From: Candidatus Omnitrophota bacterium
Lineage (GTDB): Bacteria > Omnitrophota > Gorgyraeia > Gygaellales > Profunditerraquicolaceae
DNA: 64,000 nt
Assembly: GCA_028717885.1 (NCBI GenBank)
Contig: JAQUMX010000005.1
Location: 4,838 to 68,837, forward strand
Reading direction: 5' to 3'
A program made the position numbers and the translations under genes. The notes under the pieces are model-generated. The model did not search any database. It was not told the origin of the DNA and saw only the letters and a list, made by a program, of their open reading frames with translations. Shown piece after piece: positions 51,515-60,938 of this stretch (the stretch's first letter is position 1; every line of letters starts with the position of its first letter).

Positions 51515-51811
51515 ATGATGGTACATGGCGCAATTTTCTCGTTAGTACACGCAGTGGTATTGTTGGCGGTGAGCTACTTTATCCTGTTGACTGCGCGAAA
51601 ATCCGATTCACAGAACCTTAAAGTGTTCGGATATTGTATTGCGGTCCTGCTCTGGGTAGGCGCAGCATTAATACTGGGAAAAGGGATCTCCGGCAATAAC
51701 CGGGAATTCCATAAGATGCAGTTCATGGGGGAAAAAATGGAGCGTAAAATGAATTGCTCTGGCCCGGGGGCGATGCAGCAGGCTAATCCGCAATTACCGC
51801 AAGGCAGGTAA
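51515..51811 (+). CDS. small membrane protein
   Basis: 98 aa with two TM segments. AAAGGAGG SD. Confidence 0.5.
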   Translation: MMVHGAIFSLVHAVVLLAVSYFILLTARKSDSQNLKVFGYCIAVLLWVGAALILGKGISGNNREFHKMQFMGEKMERKMNCSGPGAMQQANPQLPQGR

Positions 51812-51831
51812 GTTTTGCTCATTTTCCAGAG

Positions 51832-52389
51832 GTGGCAATGCAGGATATAGCTAAAGAAATTGTGATCAAGGCGCAAGCCGGCGATACCGGTAGTTTCAGA
51901 AGCATTTATGAAGAAACTGCCGGCTTCGTTTATAATGTGGCTTTAAGAATAGTCAAGCGCAGCCAGGATGCCGAAGAAGTGGCTCAAGAGGTTTTTTTAA
52001 ATATTTACCGTAATTTAAAAAGTTTTCATTTTCAATCCTCTTTTAAAACCTGGGCCTATAGGATCGCGGTGAATGCCGCGCTTAATCACTTAAAAAAAAT
52101 GAAGAGAGAAGAAAGCAGGAGGGGCGAATTTAATGAGGAACTGAATTATAATCCGGTTTTTTCCGCGGATAAAGGCCTTTTAAGCGATAAACAAGAGCAA
52201 GAGGCGCAGGTAAATTCTCTATTGGATGCGCTTAACCCCGAACAAAGGGCGGTAGTTGTTTTACGTAATTTGGAAGGCTTAAGTTACCAGGAAATTGCGG
52301 ACACATTAGAGATCAATATTAATACGGTGCGGTCCAGGTTAAAAAGGGCGCGAGAGAGGTTGATCGCGCTAAAAGGAGGGCAAAGATGA
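51832..52389 (+). CDS. ECF-subfamily RNA polymerase sigma factor
   Basis: Region 2 DAEEVAQEVFLNIYRNL...FKTWAYRIAVNAALNH. Region 4 LSYQEIADTLEININTVRSRLKRARERL. Start is either GTG at 51832 or ATG at 51838. Confidence 0.9.
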   Translation: MAMQDIAKEIVIKAQAGDTGSFRSIYEETAGFVYNVALRIVKRSQDAEEVAQEVFLNIYRNLKSFHFQSSFKTWAYRIAVNAALNHLKKMKREESRRGEFNEELNYNPVFSADKGLLSDKQEQEAQVNSLLDALNPEQRAVVVLRNLEGLSYQEIADTLEININTVRSRLKRARERLIALKGGQR

Positions 52390-52883
52390 TTACTGAGCGG
52401 GAGAAAATATTCGTAGCGGTCACCGTTGTTTTATTGGCGGTATTGGCGTATTTCTTTTTTGCATCTTCCCAGGCTCCGTATTCCCGGCAGGAAAAAGGCT
52501 TCGGCAGTTTTGGGCGGATGCATCCCGGAGGAGAGCGTTTTTTTAAAAGCCTCGGCCTTACCAGCGAACAGCAAATGATGCTGGAGCAAAACCGGAATAA
52601 ACACCGTGAAATAAGCGGAATACTTTTTGCCCAGACGAACGAAAAAAGGGAAGCCATTCGCCAGGAATTGCAAAAAGAGCAGCTAAATAAGGGAAAAATC
52701 CTTCAATTAGCGACGGAGCTAAAGGCAATACAGGCGCAAATTGTCGATGAAAAAATCTCCGGAATGCTGGAAGTAAGAAAGATAGTTACTCCTGCGCAGT
52801 TTAATCAATTCATCTCCCAGGCACAGGCAGGGCCGGGCCGTTTTTTTAAAGGCCGCCAGGACCGGGAAAAAGATCTATTTTAA
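52386..52883 (+). CDS. membrane-anchored Spy/CpxP/ZraP-family (LTxxQ) periplasmic stress protein
   Basis: ATGA overlap with the sigma gene. N-terminal TM segment. LGLTSEQQMMLEQ and VTPAQFNQF are LTxxQ-type motifs. Confidence 0.65.
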   Translation: MITEREKIFVAVTVVLLAVLAYFFFASSQAPYSRQEKGFGSFGRMHPGGERFFKSLGLTSEQQMMLEQNRNKHREISGILFAQTNEKREAIRQELQKEQLNKGKILQLATELKAIQAQIVDEKISGMLEVRKIVTPAQFNQFISQAQAGPGRFFKGRQDREKDLF

Positions 52884-53002
52884 TCGGCCTGTCCTAGTAG
52901 AAAAAAGTCAGAAAAAAGCAGAGCCCCCCAGTTTACTTACCTGATATTTAAGAGATAATCCCCTTATGAAACAATTATTAACTGTTAACAAAGGAGGGAA
53001 AG

Positions 53003-53113
53003 ATGTGTGACGTATGCGGATGTACCCCGTGTAAATGCGGGCAACCGATCGAAAAAGGCGTTTGTAAAGGTTGCGGCAAAAAAGCCAAAGATTGTACCTG
53101 TAAGAAAAAATAG
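53003..53113 (+). CDS. 36-aa Cys-rich, Lys-rich mini-protein (metallothionein-like; not in ORF track)
   Basis: AAAGGAGGG SD ends 4 nt before the ATG. MCDVCGCTPCKCGQPIEKGVCKGCGKKAKDCTCKKK has 9 Cys in 36 residues arranged as CxxCxC, CxC, CxxC, CxC. Confidence 0.6.
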   Translation: MCDVCGCTPCKCGQPIEKGVCKGCGKKAKDCTCKKK

Positions 53114-53227
53114 GTTTAACCTTTCCTGTTGTTAGGCGCAATTCACCTATTTACAGGGTATGATATTACGGTATATAATAATACTTCCTCTGTTATAGGT
53201 AAATAATGCTTTCCAACGGGAGAAAAG

Positions 53228-54160
53228 GTGTTAGGTGACAGGATCCGGGTTTTAGATTTAGACGGCAGTATTTTGGAGCAGAAGAAGCTCTTGGGGCAGT
53301 ATAAATGCGATATCGTTGCCTTAAGGGAATTTGGTCCGCAGGCGCGCCATTTTACTTCCCGGCAAACCCGGGATCTTTTAGCGGATAGGTTGTTCGATAC
53401 GCCAAAGGAATCCATAACTTTCCTGGGTTCCGGGGATTTTCATCATATCAGCGAAATTCTCATCAGCCGTTTCGAAGAGCCTCTTACCGTGATTATGTTC
53501 GATCATCATCCTGACTGGGACAGCCGTCCTCCGCGCTACGGCTGCGGTTCATGGGTGACAGAAGTCCTTAAGTCCAGGCCCAATGTTAAAAAATTTATCC
53601 TTCTGGGCGTTTCTTCCGAAGATATCTCAAGTTTTAATATTAATGGCGCTTACCTGGAAGCGCTCAAAGATAACCGCCTGGAGATTTATCCCTATACGCA
53701 TAAGCCATCCAAAACTTTCGGCAAGGATGTCCCGGATAACGCTTCGCTGAAAATAGAGAAGAATTTTTTGTTTAATACTATCTTTTGGCAGGAGCTTAAA
53801 GGAAAAAATTTGGAAAATTTTTTCCGTTCGCTTCTCAAGCGTATTCCCACAAAAGACGTCTACGTTTCCCTGGACAAAGACTGTTTAACCAATGATTATG
53901 CATTGACTAACTGGGAAGAGGGCAATTTTTCTCTGGAAGAAGTCTTGTCTCTTTTAGGCCTTATTAAGGATAACTTTAATATTGCGGGTTTTGATATTAC
54001 CGGGGAATATTCCCCGATTTTAGTAAAGGGGATATTGAAAAGAATTGCCTCTTACTTTGACCATCCGAAGAAAATTAAAGCATTGAGCCTGCCGGGATCC
54101 CAGATTAGAAAAGTCAATGAAGAAACGAACCTGAAGATCATGAAAACAATTAACGCATGA
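53228..54160 (+). CDS. divergent arginase/ureohydrolase-fold protein
   Basis: GSGDFHHIS, MFDHHPDW, VSLDKDCLTNDY and FDITGEYSP occur in the order and spacing of the arginase-family metal-ligand motifs (GGDHS, DAHxD, SxDxDxxDP, DxxExxP). GTG start. Confidence 0.45.
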   Translation: MLGDRIRVLDLDGSILEQKKLLGQYKCDIVALREFGPQARHFTSRQTRDLLADRLFDTPKESITFLGSGDFHHISEILISRFEEPLTVIMFDHHPDWDSRPPRYGCGSWVTEVLKSRPNVKKFILLGVSSEDISSFNINGAYLEALKDNRLEIYPYTHKPSKTFGKDVPDNASLKIEKNFLFNTIFWQELKGKNLENFFRSLLKRIPTKDVYVSLDKDCLTNDYALTNWEEGNFSLEEVLSLLGLIKDNFNIAGFDITGEYSPILVKGILKRIASYFDHPKKIKALSLPGSQIRKVNEETNLKIMKTINA

Positions 54161-54924
54161 GGCATATCAAGAAGCTGAAGAACTTATTGCAGGTTGTTTT
54201 TATCAGTTTTGCTCTATGCGCTATTGTAATTTTAGGCTGGGTTAACCATATTGATTTTGAACGTTCGGTAATCAATGCGGAATTACGCGAATTGGAGATC
54301 ATTGCCAAGTCAGCCAGCCATGATATCGAAAACCGGGTCTTGGAGATCAGGCAGGAGCCGCTATATATAGAAAACTTGGTTCAGCATATCAACCGGGAAA
54401 CTGCTTTTACTACTTTTGTACTGGACAAGAAGCATATTATAGTGAGCGATCCGGTTAAAGCGGAAATCGGCAAGAGTTTTTTTAAGATCGGCAGCGCAGG
54501 GTTGAATCCGCAGGAGTTATTTGCCTTAAAATTTTTTCTGGAAAAAATCGATGCCAGTATTTCCGGGACGGCAGTGCTTGTGTTTCCGGTAAGAGAAAAA
54601 ACGAGGAAAAAAGAAATGAAGTTATTTGCTTTTTCCCGGGCGCACCGGCCGGACGGTTTTTATTCTGTGGTGGTGACGGAAAGCCTGGCCGCCTTAGTCA
54701 ACCCCATCCACCGGAATTTGCGCGATATTTTCGTGCTCATCGGCTTGTTTTTCTTTTTGCTGCTGGTTTTAGGCTATGTTTTTTACCGTAATCAAAGGCA
54801 TAAATTCCAGTTGGAAATCACGTCCCGGGCGCTGGAAATTATCAATAAACAGTTGCATTGCGAGATCGAAGATTACCGTTGCATCGAGAGAAACCTTAAA
54901 AACCATCGAAGAGGTGTTAAATGA
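54157..54924 (+). CDS. two-TM membrane protein with a periplasmic sensor-like (Cache-like?) domain and no output domain
   Basis: TM segment, ~170-aa extracytoplasmic region, TM segment, then a short coiled coil. 4-nt overlaps with both neighbours. Confidence 0.5.
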   Translation: MRHIKKLKNLLQVVFISFALCAIVILGWVNHIDFERSVINAELRELEIIAKSASHDIENRVLEIRQEPLYIENLVQHINRETAFTTFVLDKKHIIVSDPVKAEIGKSFFKIGSAGLNPQELFALKFFLEKIDASISGTAVLVFPVREKTRKKEMKLFAFSRAHRPDGFYSVVVTESLAALVNPIHRNLRDIFVLIGLFFFLLLVLGYVFYRNQRHKFQLEITSRALEIINKQLHCEIEDYRCIERNLKNHRRGVK

Positions 54925-55961
54925 TCCATCTGGCGTTGTTCGTGATCTTAGGGGTGATTTTAGTGGCTCCTTTTTCCGTGAAAAGAATCGAAGAGGAGCT
55001 GGAAATATTTCTTTTTATTATGGGGGGCGTGACCGTTACTATTACTTCCCAGTGGAGCGCGCATCTGATAGAGGAAGCGGTTATGGAGCCGATTAAAATT
55101 GCGGCTGCGGTCCTGATTGCCGGGATGCTCTTTAGGCTTTTTCAAAAATCGATCGCTAAGAATATCGAAAGGTTAGTGCGGGCAACAGGGTTGAAATTTT
55201 TTGTTTTTTCCCTGATAGTGTTGTTGGGGTTATTGTCGAGCATGATTACGGCTATCATTGCGGCATTGGCCCTGGTAGAGATCATCCATTGCCTGGGGCT
55301 GGAAAGGAAATCCATGGTACGCCTGACAGTGATTGCTTGTTTTGCTATCGGCTTAGGCGCAGCATTAACACCGATAGGCGAGCCGCTCTCTACCATCGTA
55401 GTGTCTAAATTAAAAGGCGAACCTTATCAAGCAGGGTTCCTTTTTTTATTCCAGCAACTCTGGCATTATGTCTTTCCGGGGGTCATTATTTTCGCTATTT
55501 TAGGAGCGGTGTTGATTTCCGGGAAACATAGGCGCAAAGACGCCTCGAAATCCCAGGAAGCAGAAAATTTTAAAGATATATTCATTAGGGCGTTGAAAGT
55601 ATATTTTTTTGTCATGGCGCTGATTTTTCTGGGGAAAGGCTTCAAGCCTATTATAGATACCTATATATCGAAAATGCCGGATGCCGGGCTATTCTGGGTG
55701 AATACGGTTTCCGCCGTACTCGATAACGCTACCATTGCCGCAGCGGAAATCAGCCCTGCGATGACCATCTTACAAATCAAATCAGCCTTGCTTGGCCTTT
55801 TAATTGCCGGAGGCATGCTGATCCCCGGAAATATCCCGAATATAATTTCCGCAGGAAAGCTAAAGATCAAGAGTTCGGAGTGGGCGAAATTCGCAGTGCC
55901 TTTAGGATTAGCCGCGATGATAATCTGCTTTTTCCTGTTGGAATTGGTGCGAATGCCTTAA
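54921..55961 (+). CDS. DUF1646-family membrane transporter (putative cation/Na+ exporter family)
   Basis: 346 aa, about 10 TM segments. N-terminal FSVKRIEEELEIFLFIMG and the overall layout resemble DUF1646 as I recall it. Confidence 0.55.
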   Translation: MIHLALFVILGVILVAPFSVKRIEEELEIFLFIMGGVTVTITSQWSAHLIEEAVMEPIKIAAAVLIAGMLFRLFQKSIAKNIERLVRATGLKFFVFSLIVLLGLLSSMITAIIAALALVEIIHCLGLERKSMVRLTVIACFAIGLGAALTPIGEPLSTIVVSKLKGEPYQAGFLFLFQQLWHYVFPGVIIFAILGAVLISGKHRRKDASKSQEAENFKDIFIRALKVYFFVMALIFLGKGFKPIIDTYISKMPDAGLFWVNTVSAVLDNATIAAAEISPAMTILQIKSALLGLLIAGGMLIPGNIPNIISAGKLKIKSSEWAKFAVPLGLAAMIICFFLLELVRMP

Positions 55962-56075
55962 TTTATCATGTAGCAATAGGTCAGAAAAAGGTAGAACTTT
56001 GTCTATCGTGTTTTAACGTTTTAATATAAAATTAACCTAAAGATTGATTTCTTTGTCTAATAAAGGAGTTAAGTA

Positions 56076-56825
56076 GTGCCGGAAAAAGTCCTTATTGTTG
56101 ATGATGACGAAGAATTTCGCCAGGAGCTTAAGGATGCTCTTGAGGATTACGAGCCAATAGAGGCTTCTAATGGCATGGAGGCATTGAAAATATTACGCCG
56201 AGCAAACGAGATCGGTGCGATTATTCTGGATGTGATGATGCCTGGGCCATCTGGCATCGAAATCCTGGAAGAGATCCGTAAGACAGACCCTGATTTAGGA
56301 ATAGTTATTTTAACCGGCCACAGTTCCAAAGATGTGGCAGTGGAAGCATTAAAAGGGCATGCGAATGATTATCTCGAAAAGCCGGTAGACTTTCATGTTT
56401 TAAAAGACGCCATAGAGAAGCTGTTATCTAAAAGGCGCGGTGAAGCGGATGCTGCCAGCCTTGACTTGAGAGGAAAAATTGAAAAGGTTAAAAGATTTAT
56501 GGAGCGTAACCGCTTCAAAAAGACCACCCTTAAAGAGGCTTCTCAGGCAGTTTATTTAAGCCCAAAATATTTAAGCCGGGTTTTTAAGGAATATTCCAAG
56601 ACCGGATTTAACGAGTATAGGCTGAAAATCAAAATTGCAGAAGCCAGGAAATTCCTGAAAAAATCAGGTTACAACGTCAATCAAATTTCGGATAAATTAG
56701 GGTACGAAAATACCGAATCATTCATCCGCCAATTCAAGAAATTTACCGGCAAGACCCCTACGCAATACCGCAATAAAACAAAAAAGGCACTCAAGAAAAA
56801 AACAGGCAAAAGGCATCTCAGATAA
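56076..56825 (+). CDS. response regulator with AraC-type HTH output
   Basis: REC domain (KVLIVDDDEE...IILDVMMPG) plus a C-terminal AraC HTH (LKEASQAVYLSPKYLSRVFKE...GYENTESFIRQFKKFTGKTPTQYR). GTG start. Confidence 0.88.
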   Translation: MPEKVLIVDDDEEFRQELKDALEDYEPIEASNGMEALKILRRANEIGAIILDVMMPGPSGIEILEEIRKTDPDLGIVILTGHSSKDVAVEALKGHANDYLEKPVDFHVLKDAIEKLLSKRRGEADAASLDLRGKIEKVKRFMERNRFKKTTLKEASQAVYLSPKYLSRVFKEYSKTGFNEYRLKIKIAEARKFLKKSGYNVNQISDKLGYENTESFIRQFKKFTGKTPTQYRNKTKKALKKKTGKRHLR

Positions 56826-56841
56826 GGAAAATTAGAATAGC

Positions 56842-59800
56842 ATGTCTATAAGAACCAAGCTTACCTTAATGGTCCTTTCAGTTGCTTTGATCCCCATCCT
56901 GATTGTTACTATTATAATCTTTACCAAGTACAGGAATTCTCTCTATAAAGATACTACTTCATATATGGAGAATATTGCCGCGCTTAAATCCGAAAAGATC
57001 GAAAGCTACTTCCGTGAATTAAAAACGAATATGCAAGTAGTGCAGATGTTTTATGTGATTAAGAAAGAGTTGCCGATCCTTATTCGGTTTTCCGATGACC
57101 GCGCTAATCCGGAGTTTGTGAATGCCAGCCAGTTGACTGATGAGGCGCTACATAATATACCGGCTGCTTTGAACATTTCGGACATCATGTTGGTAAATCC
57201 TGAGGGCGAGGTTGTTTATTCATCATTGCCAGGGAATCTTCAAAATGAACTTTTGGAAACTCTCCCGAGTACCGGGAAAAAAGCACTTGAGCAAGGGAAG
57301 CAAATAGTTTCCTTTTCCGGGATTTTCTTGAAACAAAAAGAAGTCGCGCGTCCGCAAATGATATTAGCCGCTCCTGCTTTCGATCTCGAAAATGCCATTA
57401 TCGGCGAGATTATTTTTGAGATTGATATGGTTCCGGCCTATAAGGTAATAGAGAACGCAACGGGCCTGGGTAAAACAGGGGAGGTGCTGATAGGGCAAAG
57501 GAAAGGGAACGAAGTTGTATTTTTGAATTCTTTACGACACGATAAAAATGCCGCTTTTAAACGTAGTGTTGTTATCGGCGGCCAACTCGGAGGGCCGATC
57601 CAACAAGCCGTGAAAGGAATTGCTGGTTCCGGGCAATTGACCGATTACCGCGGAAAGAAGGTTTTAGCTGCATGGAACTATCTTCCTGAATTGGATTGGG
57701 GATTGGTAACCAAAATCGATAGTGGCGAAGCTTTGTCGGGTGCGGCGTATTTGAAAAAAATAACTATTTTTATCCTGATTATCACATCTATTTTTGCAGC
57801 TTTTTTTGCATTTTCCATTGCCGATACCGTTGCTTCTCCGATCAAGAAGCTCTCCAAGGGGGCGCAGATCATAGGTAGCGGCAACCTTGAGCATAAAGTT
57901 GCGCTTAAGTCAAAAGATGAGATCGGCCAGCTTTCCAGGGCTTTCGATAAAATGACCCTTGACCTGAAAAAGAATTTAGCGGAGCTAGAGTTTGAGCGTA
58001 GAAGGTTCCATGAGGTCCTGGATGCTTTGCCGGCATATGTAGTTTTATTAGATCGGAATTACCATGTTCCGTTTGCCAACCGTTATTTTGAAGAACACTT
58101 TGGAAAATCAGAAGGCAGGCGTTGTTATGAATATCTATTTAAACGCAGTAAGCCATGCGAGAACTGCGAAACCTATAAAGTATTGAAAACAAATTCCCCG
58201 TTTCACTGGGAATGGCTGGGGCCGAATAAGCGTAATTATGATATTTTTGATTTTCCTTTTAAGGATGTCGATGGCGAAACGATAATTTTGGAGATGGGGA
58301 TTGATATTACCGAGCAAAAACGTACGCAGGAAGCCATGCGGCAGGCCTCGCAATATGCCCGCAGCTTAATCGAGGCTTCTTTAGACCCTTTGGTTACTAT
58401 TTCCGCAGACGGAAAGATTTCGGATGTGAATGAAGCTTTAATTAAAGCCACGGGCCTATTACGGCAGGAATTGATCGGTACCGACTTCTCCAGTTATTTT
58501 ACCGAACCGGAGAAAGCCCGCGAGGGGTACCAGCAGGTTTTTGAGAAAGGTTTTGTTACAGACTACCCGCTGACTATACGCCATAAAGATGGCCATATGA
58601 TGGATGTGCTTTATCATGCCACGGTTTATAGGGATGAGCACGGAGCGGTCTTAGGAGTTTTTGCAGCAGCGCGCGATATAACTATGCGTAAGCGCATTGA
58701 AGAAGAGCTTAAACAATACCGCAACCATCTGGAATTATTGGTGCAGGAACGCACCAGCCAATTAGAAAACACAAACCGGCAGTTACGCCAGGCGCGCGAT
58801 TACCTGGAGAGTATTTTTAATTATGCCAATGCGCCATTTATCTGTTGGGATACAAATTTTAAGATTACCCGTTTTAATCATGCTTTCGAACGCCTGACTA
58901 ATTATAAATCCGAAGAAGTTTTGGGAAAGGATTTAAGCGTATTATTCCCTTCCGAAAGCAAGGAAGAATCGCTTGGGAAAATAAAACGTACTCTCTCTGG
59001 TGAGCATTGGGAAGGGGAAGAGGTGCCCATCTTGCGTAAAGACAATGATATCCGGTTAGTGCTTTGGAATTCGGCGAACATTTATTCTGAAGACGGGAAA
59101 AATCTGCTAGCAACTATCGCCCAGGGGCAGGATATTACCGTGCGTAAGAAAATTTCCGAAGCTTTACGCCAGTCGAATAGAGAGTTAGAGCACAGGGTGG
59201 CTGAGCGCACAGAGGAATTAATAAGGGCACAGAACGAGCTTGTAGAAAAAAAGCGGCTTTCAGATATCGGTACTCTTTCTGCTACTGTTGCTCACGAATT
59301 GCGTAATCCTCTGGCAGCAATAAAAATGGCCACATATAATATTAGACGTAAGGCCAATAATCCGCAGCTTGACAGGCATCTAGCCAATATCGATACCAAA
59401 GTTTCTGAAAGCGAACAAATCATTAACAATCTTTTGTTCTATTCGCGTTTGAAAATGCCGCATTTTGAAAACACCAATATTTATGAGGTCCTGAATGAAT
59501 GTATTTCCTCTGTAGCCGAGCGTTTTGACAAATACCAGGTTTTAGTAAAAAAAGATTTAAAGCAATTGCAAGGCATAATGGCGCAGGTTGATCAGCTGCA
59601 GGTAAAAGAAGTTTTCAACAATATCTTGAACAATGCTTACGATGCATTTGCCGACCATAAGGGAGAAATCGAAGTCGCTTCTTCTGTGGATGACAGTATG
59701 ATCTCTATTTATTTTAAGGATAACGGAGAAGGGATAGATAAGGAATATTTGGAGAGGTTATTTAATCCATTCTTCACCACTAAAGCAAAAGGTACGGGGC

Positions 59801-59913
59801 TGGGTTTGGCAGTGTGTATGCAGGTTATGCGCCTGCATAATGGCAAGATCAATATCGAGAGTGAAAAAGGAAAGGGCACAACCGTTACCGTCATTGTCCC
59901 GGTTAGGCAGTAA
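56842..59913 (+). CDS. multi-domain sensor histidine kinase (Cache-like periplasmic domain, HAMP, several PAS, HisKA, HATPase)
   Basis: 1023 aa. TM segment, large extracytoplasmic domain, TM segment, HAMP (PIKKLSKGAQIIGSGNLEHKV), PAS blocks, H-box LSATVAHELRNPLAAI, G2 GTGLGLAVC. Confidence 0.9.
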   Translation: MSIRTKLTLMVLSVALIPILIVTIIIFTKYRNSLYKDTTSYMENIAALKSEKIESYFRELKTNMQVVQMFYVIKKELPILIRFSDDRANPEFVNASQLTDEALHNIPAALNISDIMLVNPEGEVVYSSLPGNLQNELLETLPSTGKKALEQGKQIVSFSGIFLKQKEVARPQMILAAPAFDLENAIIGEIIFEIDMVPAYKVIENATGLGKTGEVLIGQRKGNEVVFLNSLRHDKNAAFKRSVVIGGQLGGPIQQAVKGIAGSGQLTDYRGKKVLAAWNYLPELDWGLVTKIDSGEALSGAAYLKKITIFILIITSIFAAFFAFSIADTVASPIKKLSKGAQIIGSGNLEHKVALKSKDEIGQLSRAFDKMTLDLKKNLAELEFERRRFHEVLDALPAYVVLLDRNYHVPFANRYFEEHFGKSEGRRCYEYLFKRSKPCENCETYKVLKTNSPFHWEWLGPNKRNYDIFDFPFKDVDGETIILEMGIDITEQKRTQEAMRQASQYARSLIEASLDPLVTISADGKISDVNEALIKATGLLRQELIGTDFSSYFTEPEKAREGYQQVFEKGFVTDYPLTIRHKDGHMMDVLYHATVYRDEHGAVLGVFAAARDITMRKRIEEELKQYRNHLELLVQERTSQLENTNRQLRQARDYLESIFNYANAPFICWDTNFKITRFNHAFERLTNYKSEEVLGKDLSVLFPSESKEESLGKIKRTLSGEHWEGEEVPILRKDNDIRLVLWNSANIYSEDGKNLLATIAQGQDITVRKKISEALRQSNRELEHRVAERTEELIRAQNELVEKKRLSDIGTLSATVAHELRNPLAAIKMATYNIRRKANNPQLDRHLANIDTKVSESEQIINNLLFYSRLKMPHFENTNIYEVLNECISSVAERFDKYQVLVKKDLKQLQGIMAQVDQLQVKEVFNNILNNAYDAFADHKGEIEVASSVDDSMISIYFKDNGEGIDKEYLERLFNPFFTTKAKGTGLGLAVCMQVMRLHNGKINIESEKGKGTTVTVIVPVRQ

Positions 59914-59915
59914 AA

Positions 59916-60278
59916 ATGCTTAAAAAAATCATCATAGTTGACGACGATGCGGAATTAGCTGAAGAAATGGCGGAAATTTTGCGCGACGAAGGTTTTATCG
60001 TTGAGAATACCAGTGATACATTGCATGCAGAAAAGCTTATCAGCAGCCATTCTTACGACCTTTATTTATTAGATTACAAGATGTCGCATCTTAGCGGGGT
60101 AGATTTGTTAAAGAAGATAAAATTCAAGGATCCGGAAAGCAAAGTTTTTATTATCAGCGGCCGGCCTGCGATTGAAAAATTACTGGAAGAAGAAAAGGTG
60201 AACGAATTAGTTTCTGCTGTTTTCAAAAAGCCCTTCGACATAGAAACATTACTGCAAAGAATCAAATCCCTCGAATAA
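59916..60278 (+). CDS. single-domain (CheY-like) response regulator
   Basis: KIIIVDDDAE...LYLLDYKMSHLSG...KVFIISG. Confidence 0.88.
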   Translation: MLKKIIIVDDDAELAEEMAEILRDEGFIVENTSDTLHAEKLISSHSYDLYLLDYKMSHLSGVDLLKKIKFKDPESKVFIISGRPAIEKLLEEEKVNELVSAVFKKPFDIETLLQRIKSLE

Positions 60279-60462
60279 GTCATAAATCCTCCTTTTATTT
60301 TTGAAATTTCTTTGATCGCATGCAATTCTAAATAATGAATTGGTGCGCCCTAATTGGGCGAAAAAAGTCAATAAATTAAGGAATAAGGCAGTTTTCAAAT
60401 TTTTACTTTCTTTTATAATTGTTAATGAAACAGGAACCTAAAATCAGAAAGGAGTAAAGTGT

Positions 60463-60906
60463 ATGGCAACTATCAAAGAAGAGTTGGTAAAAATGTTGAA
60501 TCAGGCGTTGGAACTGGAGCATGCGGCAAGGATTCAGTATTTGGCTCACGCGGAATTAATCCAGGGTTTATGTTCAGAGAAAATCATCGAACGCTTAAAA
60601 GAAATCGCCTCTGACGAAGAAAAACACGAAGGAAAATTCCGTAATTTGATTGGTAATTACCTGATGGGAGAGCCGACCATGGGCATTGCCGAAACTCACA
60701 AGGCTAAAGAAACCGCACAAATCCTAGAAGTTAACCGTAAGAACGAAAAAGAAGCAATTGATTTCTATAAGAAGATCTATAATAAGGTAGTAGAAAACAA
60801 GCAAAGCCTGCAATATGAATTCGAGACTTTGGAGCATGAGATCCGGCATGTTATTCTTGATGAACAGGAGCATGTGTCTGAACTAACCATACTTTTGGCG
60901 AGGTGA
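60463..60906 (+). CDS. ferritin-like (bacterioferritin/rubrerythrin-fold) four-helix-bundle protein
   Basis: Paired ExxH motifs: ELEHAA, EEKHEG, and HEIRH..DEQEHVS. Confidence 0.7.
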   Translation: MATIKEELVKMLNQALELEHAARIQYLAHAELIQGLCSEKIIERLKEIASDEEKHEGKFRNLIGNYLMGEPTMGIAETHKAKETAQILEVNRKNEKEAIDFYKKIYNKVVENKQSLQYEFETLEHEIRHVILDEQEHVSELTILLAR

Positions 60907-60938
60907 GGATTAGTGTGGCAACAGATATAAAGATTACC

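Noticed and set aside
52908-53141. 77-aa minus-strand ORF overlapping the Cys-rich mini-ORF
   Set aside because: It has no SD and no motif, and its composition is dictated by the complement of Cys/Lys codons. The plus-strand 36-aa ORF has a consensus SD and a structured Cys pattern.
54776-55096. 106-aa ORF bridging the 54157 and 54921 genes
   Set aside because: It is out of frame with both. Its Arg/Gly-rich composition is typical of an off-frame read, and the two flanking genes are 4-nt coupled.
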